A stretch of DNA of 64,000 nucleotides from Antedon mediterranea (Eukaryota; Animalia; Echinodermata). The stretch is taken from NCBI RefSeq assembly GCF_964355755.1, contig NC_092675.1:14108912-14172911 (forward strand), written 5' to 3'. A program made the position numbers and the translations under genes. Below the pieces are notes generated by a model. That model searched no databases, had not been told where the DNA came from, and was given only the letters and a program-made list of their open reading frames with translations. Within the stretch, counting starts at the first letter, position 1, and every line of letters starts with the position of its first letter. This document shows, piece by piece, positions 1 to 13,160 of the stretch.

Positions 1-3000
1 AAAGTGCTTAAAATCACATTATAAACCGTTTTAGACCATTTTGAGCATTTCGATAACACTTTTCACACAAAAACATCAAAGAGCACAAAATAGCTTAATA
101 TCGTATTTAAAAACGTTTTAGACCATTTTGAGCATTTAGACAAAACTTTTTCACACAAAACACCAAAGTCCTTAGAATAGCTTCAAATCGCATTTGGAGA
201 CGTTTTAGACCATTTTGTGATTTTCAAAAAAACTTGTTAACATAAAAACACCAAAGTGCTTAGAATAGCTTCAAATCGTATTTGGAGACGTTTTAGACCA
301 TTTTGTGATTTTCGAAAAAACTTGTTAACATAAAAACACCAAAGTGCTTAGAATAGCTTCAAATCGCATTTGGAGACATTTTAGACCAATTTGTGATTTT
401 CGAAAAAAACTTGTCAACATAAAAACACCAAAGTGTTTAGAATAGCTTCAAATCGCATTTGGAGACGTTTTAGACCTATTTGTGATTTTCGAAAAAACTT
501 ATCAACATAAAAACACCAAAGGGTTTAGAATAGCTTCAAATCGCATTTGGAGACGTTTTAGACCATTTTGTGATTTTTGAAAAAAATTGTTAACATAAAA
601 ACACCAAAGTGCTTAGAATAGCTTCAAATCACATTTGGAGACGTTTTAGACCATTTTGTGATATTCGAAAAAACTTGTTAACATAAAAACACGAAAGTGC
701 TTAGAATAGCTTCAAATCGCATTTGGAAACGTTTTAGACCATTTTGTGATTTTCGAAAAAACTTGTTAACATAAAAACACCAAAGTGCTTAGAATAGCTT
801 CAAATCGCATTTGGAAACGTTTTAGACCATTTTGTTATTTTCGAAAAAAATTGTTAACATAAAAACACCAAAGTGCTTAGAATCACATTATAAACCGTTT
901 TAGACCATTTTGATTATTTCGATAACAATTTTCACACAAAAACATCAAAGAGCACAAAATAGCTTAATATCGTATTTAAAAATGTTTTAGACCATTTGGA
1001 GCATTTAGATAAAACTTTTTCACACAAAACACCAAAGTGCTTAGAATAGCTTCAAATCGCATTTGGAGACGTTTTAGACCATTTTGTGATTTTTGAAAAA
1101 ACTTGTTAACATAAAAACACCAAAGTGCTTAGAATAGCTTCAAATCACATTTGGAGACGTTTTAGACCATTTTGTGATTTTCGAAAAAACTTGTTAACAT
1201 AAAAACACGAAAGTGCTTAGAATAGCTTCAAATCGCATTTGGAAACGTTTTAGACCATTTTGTGATTTTCGAAAAAACTTGTTAACATAAAAACACGAAA
1301 GTGCTTAGAATAGCTTCAAATCGCATTTGGAATCGTTTTAGACCATTTTGTGATTTTCGAAAAAACTTATCAACATAAAAACACCAAAGGGTTTAGAATA
1401 GCTTCAAATCGCATTTGGAGACGTTTTAGACCATTTTGTGATTTTCGAAAAAACTTGTTAACATAAAAACACGAAAGTGCTTAGAATATCTTCAAATCGC
1501 ATTTGGAAACGTTTTAGACCATTTTGTGATTTTCGAAAAAAACTTGTTAACATAAAAACACCAAAGTGCTTCAAATCGCATTTGGAGACATTTTAGACCA
1601 ATTTGTGATTTTTGAAAAAACTTGTTAACATAAAAACACCAAAGTGCTTACAATAGCTTCAAATCGTATTTGGAGACGTTTTAGACCATTTTGTGATTTT
1701 CGAAAAAACTTGTTAACATAAAAACACGAAAGTGCTTAGAATATCTTCAAATCGCATTTGGAAACGTTTTAGACCATTTTGTGATTTTCGAAAAAAACTG
1801 GTTAACATAAAAACACCAAAGTGCTTCAAATCGCATTTGGAGACATTTTAGACCAATTTGTGATTTTTGAAAAAACTTGTTAACATAAAAACACCAAAGT
1901 GCTTACAATAGCTTCAAATCGTATTTGGAGACGTTTTAGACCATTTTGTGATTTTCGAAAAAACTTGTTAACATAAAAACACGAAAGTACTTAGAATAGC
2001 TTCAAATCGCATTTAAGACGTTTTAGACCATTTTATGCATTTCGATGAAACTTGGTTACACAAAAACATCAAAGTGCTTAAAATCACATTATAATCCGTT
2101 TTAGACCATTTTGAGCATTTTGATAACACTTTTCACACAAAAACATCAAAGGGCACAAAATAGCTTAATATCGTATTTAAAAACGTTTTAGACCATTTTG
2201 AGCATTTCGACAAAACTTTTTCACACAAAACACCAAAGTGCTTAGAATAGCTTCAAATCGCATTTGGAGACGTTTTAGACCATTTTGTGATTTTCGAAAA
2301 AAATTATTAACATAAAAACATCAAAGTGTACAGAATAGCTTCAAATCGCATTTGGAGACCGTTTTAGGGCAATTTGTGATTTTCGAAAAAACTTGTTAAC
2401 CTAAAAATACCAAAGTGTTTAGAATAGCTTCAAATCGCATTTGGAGACGTTTTAGACCATTTTGTGATTTTCGAAAAAACTTGTTAACATAAAAACACCA
2501 AAGTGCTTAGAATAGCTTCAAATCGCATTTGGAGACATTTTAGACCAATTTGTGATTTTCGAAAAAACTTGTCAACATAAAAACACCAAAGTGTTTAGAA
2601 TAGCTTCAAATCGCATTTGGAGACGTTTTAGACCAATTTGTGATTTTCGAAAAAACTTATCAAAATAAAAACACCAAAGGGTTTAGAATATCTTCAAATC
2701 GCATTTGGAGACGTTTTAGACAATTTTGTGATTTTCGAAAAAACTTGTTAACATAAAAACACCAAAGTGCTTAGAATAGCTTCAAATCGCATTTGGAGAC
2801 GTTTTAGACCATTTTGTGATTTTCCAAAAAACTTGGTTACACAAAAACATCAAAGTGCTTAAAATCACATTATAAACCGTTTTAGACCATTTTGAGCATT
2901 TCGATAACACTTTTCACACAAAAACATCATAGAGCACAAAATAGCTTAATATCGTATTTAAAAACGTTTTAGACCATTTTGAGCATTTCGAAAAAACCTT

Positions 3001-5909
3001 TTAACATAAAAACACCAAAGTGCTTAGAATGGCTTCAATCGCATTTGGAGACGCTTTAGACCATTTTGTGATTTTCGAAAAAAATTGTTAACATAAAAAC
3101 ACCAAAGTGCTTAGAATCACATTATAAACCGTTTTAGACCATTTTGAGCATTTCGATAACAATTTTCACACAAAAACATCAAAGGGCACAAAATAGCTTA
3201 ATATCGTATTCAAAAATATTTTAGACCATTTTGAGCATTTAGAAAAAACTTTTTCACACAAAACACCAAAGTGCTTAGAATAGCTTCAAATCGTATTTGG
3301 AGACGTTTTAGACCATTTTAAATTTTTCGAAAAAACTTGGTTACACAAAAACATCAAAGTGCTTAAAATCACATTATAAACCGTTTTAGACCATTTTGAG
3401 CATTTCGATAACACTTTTCACACAAAAACATCAAAGAGCACAAAATAGCTTAATATCTTATTTAAAAATGTTTTAGACCATTTTGAGCATTTAGACAAAA
3501 CTTTTTCACACAAAACACCAAAGTGCTTAGAATAGCTTCAAATCGCATTTGGAGACGTTTTAGACCATTTTGTGATTTTCAAAAAAACTTGTTAACATAA
3601 AAACACCAAAGTGCTTAGAATAGCTTCAAATCGTATTTGGAGACGTTTTAGACCATTTTGTGATTTTCGAAAAAACTTGTTAACATAAAAACACCAAAGT
3701 GCTTAGAATAGCTTCAAATCGCATTTGGAGACATTTTAGACCAATTTGTGATTTTCGAAAAAAACTTGTCAACATAAAAACACCAAAGTGTTTAGAATAG
3801 CTTCAAATCGCATTTGGAGACGTTTTAGACCAATTTGTGATTTTCGAAAAAACTTATCAACATAAAAACACCAAAGGGTTTAGAATAGCTTCAAATCGCA
3901 TTTTGAGACGTTTTAGACCATTTTGTGATTTTCGAAAAAACTTGTTAACATAAAAACACGAAAGTGCTTAGAATAGCTTCAAATCGCATTTGGAAACGTT
4001 TTATTCCATTTTGTGATTTTCGAAAAAAATTGTTAACATAAAAACACCAAAGTGCTTAGAATCACATTATAAACCGTTTTAGACACTTTTGAGCATTTCG
4101 ATAACAATTTTCACACAAAAACATCAAAGAGCACAAAATAGCTTAATATCGTATTTAAAAATGTTTTAGACCATTTTGAGCATTTAGAAAAAACTTTTTC
4201 ACACAAAACACCAAAGTGCTTAGAATAGCTTCAAATCGCATTTGGAGACGGTTTAGACCATTTTGTGATTTTGAAAAAACTTGTTAACATAAAAACACCA
4301 AAGTGCTTAGAATAGCTTCAAATCGCATTTGGAGACGTTTTAGACCATTTTGTGATTTTCGAAAAAACTTGTAAACATAAAAACACCAAAGTGCTTAGAA
4401 TAGCTTCAAATCACATTTGGAGACGTTTTAGACCATTTTGTGATTTTTGAAAAAACTTGTTAACATAAAAACACGAAAGTGCTTAGAATAGCTTCAAATC
4501 ACATTTGGAGACGTTTTAGACCATTTTGTGATTTTCGAAAAAGATTGTTAACATAAAAACACCAAAGTGCTTAGAATCACATTATAAACCGTTTTAGACC
4601 ATTTTGAGCATTTCAATAACAATTTTCACACAAAAACATCAAAGAGCACAAAATAGCTTAATATCGTATTTAAAAATGTTTTAGACCATTTTGAGCATTT
4701 AGATAAAACTTTTTCACACAAAACACCAAAGTGCTTAGAATAGCTTCAAATCGCATTTGGAGACGTTTTAGACCATTTTGTGCATTTCGATGAAACTTGG
4801 TTACACAAAAACATCAAAGTGCTTAAAATCACATTATAAACCATTTTAGACCATTTTGAGCATTTCGATAACACTTTTCACACAAAAACATCAAAGAGCA
4901 CAAAATAGCTTAATATCGTATTTAAAAACGTTTTAGACCATTTTGAGCATTTCGACAAAACTTTTTCACACAAAACACCAAAGTGCTTAGAATAGCTTCA
5001 AATCGCATTTGGAGACGTTTTAGACCATTTTGTGATTTTCGAAAAAACTTGTTAACATAAAAACATCAAAGTGTACAGAATAACTTCAAATCGCATTTGG
5101 AGACCGTTTTAGGCCAATTTGTGATTTTCGAAAAAACTTGTTAACATAAAAATACCAAAGTGTTTAGAATAGCTTCAAATCGCATTTGGAGACGTTTTAG
5201 ACCATTTTGTGATTTTCGAAAAAACTTGTTAACATAAAAACACCAAAGTGCTTCAAATCGCATTTGGAGACATTTTAGACCAATTTGTGATTTTTGAAAA
5301 AACTTGTTAACATAAAAACACCAAAGTGTTTACAATAGCTTCAAATCGTATTTGGAGACGTTTTAGACCATTTTGTGATTTTCGAAAAAACTTGTTAACA
5401 TAAAAACACCAAAGTACTTAGAATAGCTTCAAATCGCATTTGGAGACGTTTAGACCATTTTATGCATTTCGATGAAACTTGGTTACACAAAAACATCAAA
5501 GTGCTTAAAATCACATTATAATCCGTTTTAGACCATTTTGAGCATTTCGATAACACTTTTCACACAAAAACATCAAAGAGCACAAAATAGCTTAATATCG
5601 TATTTAAAAACGTTTTAGACCATTTTGAGCATTTCGACAAAACTTTTTCACACAAAACACCAAAGTGCTTAGAATAGCTTCAAATCGCATTTGGAGACGT
5701 TTTAGACCATTTTGTGATTTTCGAAAAAAATTGTTAACATAAAAACATCAAAGTGTACAGAATAGCTTCAAATCGCATTTGGAGACCGTTTTAGGCCAAT
5801 TTGTGATTTTCGAAAAAACTTGTTAACCTAAAAATACCAAAGTGTTTAGAATAGCTTCAAATCGCATTTGGAGACGTTTTAGACCATTTTGTGATTTTCG
5901 AAAAAACTT

Positions 5910-8900
5910 GTTAACATAAAAACACCAAAGTGCTTAGAATAGCTTCAAATCGCATTTGGAGACATTTTAGACCAATTTGTGATTTTCGAAAAAACTTGTC
6001 AACATAAAAACACCAAAGTGTTTAGAATAGCTTCAAATCGCATTTGGAGACGTGTTAGACCAATTTGTGATTTTCGAAAAAACTTATCAACATAAAAACA
6101 CCAAAGGGTTTAGAATATCTTCAAATCGCATTTGGAGACGTTTTAGACCATTTTGTGATTTTCGAAAAAACTTGTTAACATAAAAACACCAAAGTGCTTA
6201 GAATAGCTTCAAATCGCATTTGGAGACGTTTTAGACCATTTTGTGATTTTCAAAAAAAATTGTTAACATAAAAACACCAAAGTGCATAGAATCACATTAT
6301 AAACCGTTTTAGACCATTTAGAGCATTTCGATAACAATTTTCACACAAAAACATCAATGAGCACAAAATAGCTTAATATCGTATTTAAAAATGTTTTAGA
6401 CCATTTTGAGCATTTAGACAAAACTTTTTCACACAAAACACCAAAGTGCTTAGAATAGCTTCAAATCGCATTTGGAGACGTTTTAGACAATTTTGTGATT
6501 TTCGAAAAAAATTGTTAACATAAAAACACAAAAGTGCTTAGAATAGCTTCAAATCGCATTTGGAGACGTTTTAGACCATTTTGTGATTTTCGAAAAAACT
6601 TGGTTACACAAAAACATCAAAGTGCTTAAAATCACATTATAAACCGTTTTAGACCATTTTGAGCATTTCGATAACACTTTTCACACAAAAACATCATAGA
6701 GCACAAAATAGCTTAATATCGTATTTAAAAACGTTTTAGACCATTTTGAGCATTTCGACAAAACTTGTTAACATAAAAACACCAAAGTGCTTAGAATGGC
6801 TTCAATCGCATTTGGAGACGCTTTAGACCATTTTGTGATTTTCGAAAAAAATTGTTAACATAAAAACACCAAAGTGCTTAGAATCACATTATAAACCGTT
6901 TTAGACCATTTTGAGCATTTCGATAACAATTTTCACACAAAAACATCAAAGAGCACAAAATAGCTTAATATCGTATTTAAAAATGTTTTAGACCATTTTG
7001 AGCATTTAGAAAAAACTTTTTCACACAAAACACCAAAGTGCTTAGAATAGCTTCAAATCGTATTTGGAGACGTTTTAGACCATTTTGAGATTTTCGAAAA
7101 AACTTGGTTACACCAAAACATCAAAGTGCTTAAAATCACATTATAAACCGTTTTAGACCATTTTGAGCATTTCGATAACACTTTTCACACAAAAACATCA
7201 AAGAGCACAAAATAGCTTAATATCGTATTTAAAAACGTTTTAGACCATTTTGAGCATTTCGACAAAACTTTTTCACACAAAACACCAAAGTGCTTAGAAT
7301 AGCTTCAAATCGCATTTGGAGACGTTTTATACCAATTTGTGCATTTCGATGAAACTTGGTTACACAAAAACATCAAAGTGCTTAAAATCACATTATAAAT
7401 CGTTTTAGACCATTTTGAGCATTTCGATAACACTTTTCACACAAAAACATCAAAGAGCACAAAATAGCTTAATATCTTATTTAAAAACGTTTTAGACCAT
7501 TTTGAGCATTTAGACAAAACTTTTTCACACAAAACACCAAAGTCCTTAGAATAGCTTCAAATCGCATTTGGAGACGTTTTAGACCATTTTGTGATTTTCA
7601 AAAAAACTTGTTAACATAAAAACACCAAAGTGCTTAGAATAGCTTCAAATCGCATTTGGAGACATTTTAGACCAATTTGTGATTTTCGAAAAAAACTTGT
7701 CAACATAAAAACACCAAAGTGTTTAGAATAGCTTCAAATCGCATTTGGAGACGTTTTAGACCAATTTGTGATTTTCGAAAAAACTTATCAACATAAAAAC
7801 ACCAAAGGGTTTAGAATAGCTTCAAATCGCATTTTGAGACGTTTTAGACCATTTTGTGATTTTCGAAAAAACTTGTTAACATAAAAACACGAAAGTGCTT
7901 AGAATAGCTTCAAATCGCATTTGGAAACGTTTTATTCCATTTTGTGATTTTCGAAAAAAATTGTTAACATAAAAACACCAAAGTGCTTAGAATCACATTA
8001 TAAACCGTTTTAGACCATTTTGAGCATTTCGATAACAATTTTCACACAAAAACATCAAAGAGCACAAAATAGCTTAATATCGTATTTAAAAATGTTTTAG
8101 ACCATTTTGAGCATTTAGAAAAAACTTTTTCACACAAAACACCAAAGTGCTTAGAATAGCTTCAAATCGTTTTTGCAGACGTTTTAGACCATTTTGAGAT
8201 TTTCGAAAAAACTTGGTTACACAAAAACATCAAAGTGCTTAAAATCACATTATAAACCGTTTTAGACCATTTTGAGCATTTCGATAACACTTTTTACACA
8301 AAAACATCAAAGAGCACAAAATAGCTTAATATCGTATTTAAAAACGTTTTAGACCATTTTGAGCATTTCGACAAAACTTTTTCACACAAAACACCAAAGT
8401 GCTTAGAATAGCTTCAAATCGCATTTGGAGACGTTTTAGACCAATTTGTGCATTTCGATGAAACTTGGTTACACAAAAACATCAAAGTGCTTAAAATCAC
8501 ATTATAAATTGTTTTAGACCATTTTGAGCATTTCGATAACACTTTTCACACAAAAACATCAAAGAGCACAAAATAGCTTAATATCTTATTTAAAAACGTT
8601 TTAGACCATTTTGAGCATTTAGACAAAACTTTTTCACACAAAACACCAAAGTGCTTAGAATAGCTTCAAATCGCATTTGGAGACGTTTTAGACCATTTTG
8701 TGATTTTCAAAAAAACTTGTTAACATAAAAACACCAAAGTGCTTAGAATAGCTTAAAATCGTATTTGGAGACGTTTTAGACCATTTTGTGATTTTCGAAA
8801 AAACTTGTTAACATAAAAACACCAAAGTGCTTAGAATAGCTTCAAATCGCATTTGGAGACATTTTAGACCAATTTGTGATTTTCGAAAAAAACTTGTCAA

Positions 8901-11900
8901 CATAAAAACACCAAAGTGTTTAGAATAGCTTCAAATCGCATTTGGAGACGTTTTAGACCAATTTGTGATTTTCGAAAAAACTTATCAACATAAAAACACC
9001 AAAGGGTTTAGAATAGCTTCAAATCGCATTTTGAGACGTTTTAGACCATTTTGTGATTTTCGAAAAAACTTGTTAACATAAAAACACGAAAGTGCTTAGA
9101 ATAGCTTCAAATCGCATTTGGAATCGTTTTATTCCATTTTGTGATTTTCGAAAAAAATTGTTAACATAAAAACACCAAAGTGCTTAGAATCACATTATAA
9201 ACCGTTTTAGACCATTTTGAGCATTTCGATAACAATTTTCACACAAAAACATCAAAGAGCAAAAAATAGCTTAATATCGTATTTAAAAATGTTTTAGACC
9301 ATTTTGAGCATTTAGATAAAACTTTTTCACACAAAACACCAAAGTGCTTAGAATAGCTTCAAATCGCATTTGGAGACGTTTTAGACCATTTTGTGATTTT
9401 TGAAAAAACTTGTAAACATAAAAACACCAAAGTGCTTAGAATAGCTTCAAATCACATTTGGAGACGTTTTAGACCATTTTGTGATTTTCGAAAAAACTTG
9501 TTAACATAAAAACACGAAAGTGCTTAGAATAGCTTCAAATCGCATTTGGAAACGTTTTAGACCATTTTGTGATTTTCGAAAAAACTTGTTAACATAAAAA
9601 CACGAAAGTGCTTAGAATAGCTTCAAATCGCATTTGGAAACGTTTTAGACCATTTTGTGATTTTCGAAAAAAATTTTTAACATAAAAACACCAAAGTGCT
9701 TAGAATAGCTTCAAATCGCATTTGGAGACATTTTAGACCAATTTGTGATTTTCGAAAAAACTTGTCAACATAAAAACACCAAAGTGTTTAGAATAGCTTC
9801 AAATCGCATTTGGAGACGTGTTAGACCAATTTGTGATTTTCGAAAAAACTTATCAACATAAAAACACCAAAGGGTTTAGAATATCTTCAAATCGCATTTG
9901 GAGACGTTTTAGACCATTTTGTGATTTTCGAAAAAACTTGTTAACATAAAAACACCAAAGTGCTTAGAATAGCTTCAAATCGCATTTGGAGACGTTTTAG
10001 ACCATTTTGTGATTTTCAAAAAAAATTGTTAACATAAAAACACCAAAGTGCATAGAATCACATTATAAACCGTTTTAGACCATTTAGAGCATTTCGATAA
10101 CAATTTTCACACAAAAACATCAATGAGCACAAAATAGCTTAATATCGTATTTAAAAATGTTTTAGACCATTTTGAGCATTTAGACAAAACTTTTTCACAC
10201 AAAACACCAAAGTGCTTAGAATAGCTTCAAATCGCATTTGGAGACGTTTTAGACAATTTTGTGATTTTCGAAAAAAATTGTTAACATAAAAACACCAAAG
10301 TGCTTAGAATAGCTTCAAATCGCATTTGGAGACGTTTTAGACCATTTTGTGATTTTCGAAAAAACTTGGTTACACAAAAACATCAAAGTGCTTAAAATCA
10401 CATTATAAACCGTTTTAGACCATTTTGAGCATTTCGATAACACTTTTCACACAAAAACATCATAGAGCACAAAATAGCTTAATATCGTATTTAAAAACGT
10501 TTTAGACCATTTTGAGCATTTCGACAAAACTTGTTAACAAAAAAACACCAAAGTGCTTAGAATGGCTTCAATCGCATTTGGAGACGCTTTAGACCATTTT
10601 GTGATTTTCGAAAAAAATTGTTAACATAAAAACACCAAAGTGCTTAGAATCACATTATAAACCGTTTTAGACCATTTTGAGCATTTCGATAACAATTTTC
10701 ACACAAAAACATCAAAGAGCACAAAATAGCTTAATATCGTATTTAAAAATGTTTTAGACCATTTTGAGCATTTAGAAAAAACTTTTTCACACAAAACACC
10801 AAAGTGCTTAGAATAGCTTCAAATCGTATTTGGAGACGTTTTAGACCATTTTGAGATTTTCGAAAAAACTTGGTTACACAAAAACATCAAAGTGCTTAAA
10901 ATCACATTATAAACCGTTTTAGACCATTTTGAGCATTTCGATAACACTTTTCACACAAAAACATCAAAGAGCACAAAATAGCTTAATATCGTATTTAAAA
11001 ACGTTTTAGACCATTTTGAGCATTTCGACAAAACTTTTTCACACAAAACACCAAAGTGCTTAGAATAGCTTCAAATCGCATTTGGAGACGTTTTATACCA
11101 ATTTGTGCATTTCGATGAAACTTGGTTACACAAAAACATCAAAGTGCTTAAAATCACATTATAAATCGTTTTAGACCATTTTGAGCATTTCGATAACACT
11201 TTTCACACAAAAACATCAAAGAGCACAAAATAGCTTAATATCTTATTTAAAAACGTTTTAGACCATTTTGAGCATTTAGACAAAACTTTTTCACACAAAA
11301 CACCAAAGTCCTTAGAAAAGCTTCAAATCGCATTTGGAGACGTTTTAGACCATTTTGTGATTTTCAAAAAAACTTGTTAACATAAAAACACCAAAGTGCT
11401 TAGAATAGCTTCAAATCGCATTTGGAGACATTTTAGACCAATTTGTGATTTTCGAAAAAAACTTGTCAACATAAAAACACCAAAGTGTTTAGAATAGCTT
11501 CAAATCGCATTTGGAGACGTTTTAGACCAATTTGTGATTTTCGAAAAAACTTATCAACATAAAAACACCAAAGGGTTTAGAATAGCTTCAAATCGCATTT
11601 TGAGACGTTTTAGACCATTTTGTGATTTTCGAAAAAACTTGTTAACATAAAAACACGAAAGTGCTTAGAATAGCTTCAAATCGCATTTGGAAACGTTTTA
11701 TTCCATTTTGTGATTTTCGAAAAAAATTGTTAACATAAAAACACCAAAGTGCTTAGAATCACATTATAAACCGTTTTAGACCATTTTGAGCATTTCGATA
11801 ACAATTTTCACACAAAAACATCAAAGAGCACAAAATAGCTTAATATCGTATTTAAAAATGTTTTAGACCATTTTGAGCATTTAGAAAAAACTTTTTCACA

Positions 11901-13160
11901 CAAAACACCAAAGTGCTTAGAATAGCTTCAAATCGTATTTGCAGACGTTTTAGACCATTTTGAGATTTTCGAAAAAACTTGGTTACACAAAAACATCAAA
12001 GTGCTTAAAATCACATTATAAACCGTTTTAGACCATTTTGAGCATTTCGATAACACTTTTTACACAAAAACATCAAAGAGCACAAAATAGCTTAATATCG
12101 TATTTAAAAACGTTTTAGACCATTTTGAGCATTTCGACAAAACTTTTTCACACAAAACACCAAAGTGCTTAGAATAGCTTCAAATCGCATTTGGAGACGT
12201 TTTAGACCAATTTGTGCATTTCGATGAAACTTGGTTACACAAAAACATCAAAGTGCTTAAAATCACAATATAAATTGTTTTAGACCATTTTGAGCATTTC
12301 GATAACACTTTTCACACAAAAACATCAAAGAGCACAAAATAGCTTAATATCTTATTTAAAAACGTTTTAGACCATTTTGAGCATTTAGACAAAACTTTTT
12401 CACACAAAACACCAAAGTGCTTAGAATAGCTTCAAATCGCATTTGGAGACGTTTTAGACCATTTTGTGATTTTCAAAAAAACTTGTTAACATAAAAACAC
12501 CAAAGTGCTTAGAATAGCTTAAAATCGTATTTGGAGACGTTTTAGACCATTTTGTGATTTTCGAAAAAACTTGTTAACATAAAAACACCAAAGTGCTTAG
12601 AATAGCTTCAAATCGCATTTGGAGACATTTTAGACCAATTTGTGATTTTCGAAAAAAACTTGTCAACATAAAAACACCAAAGTGTTTAGAATAGCTTCAA
12701 ATCGCATTTGGAGACGTTTTAGACCAATTTGTGATTTTCGAAAAAACTTATCAACATAAAAATACCAAAGGGTTTAGAATAGCTTCAAATCGCATTTTGA
12801 GACGTTTTAGACCATTTTGTGATTTTCGAAAAAACTTGTTAACATAAAAACACGAAAGTGCTTAGAATAGCTTCAAATCGCATTTGGAAACGTTTTATTC
12901 CATTTTGTGATTTTCGAAAAAAATTGTTAACATAAAAACACCAAAGTGCTTAGAATCACATTATAAACCGTTTTAGACCATTTTGAGCATTTCGATAACA
13001 ATTTTCACACAAAAACATCAAAGAGCAAAAAATAGCTTAATATCGTATTTAAAAATGTTTTAGACCATTTTGAGCATTTAGATAAAACTTTTTCACACAA
13101 AACACCAAAGTGCTTAGAATAGCTTCAAATCGCATTTGGAGACGTTTTAGACCATTTTGT
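5910..13160. repeat. ~3.5-kb satellite block duplicated at offset 3766
   Basis: CGTGTTAGAC occurs at 6051/9817, AGTGCATAGA at 6281/10047 and AAAAAATAGC at 9261/13027. Boundaries are approximate. Confidence 0.82.
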
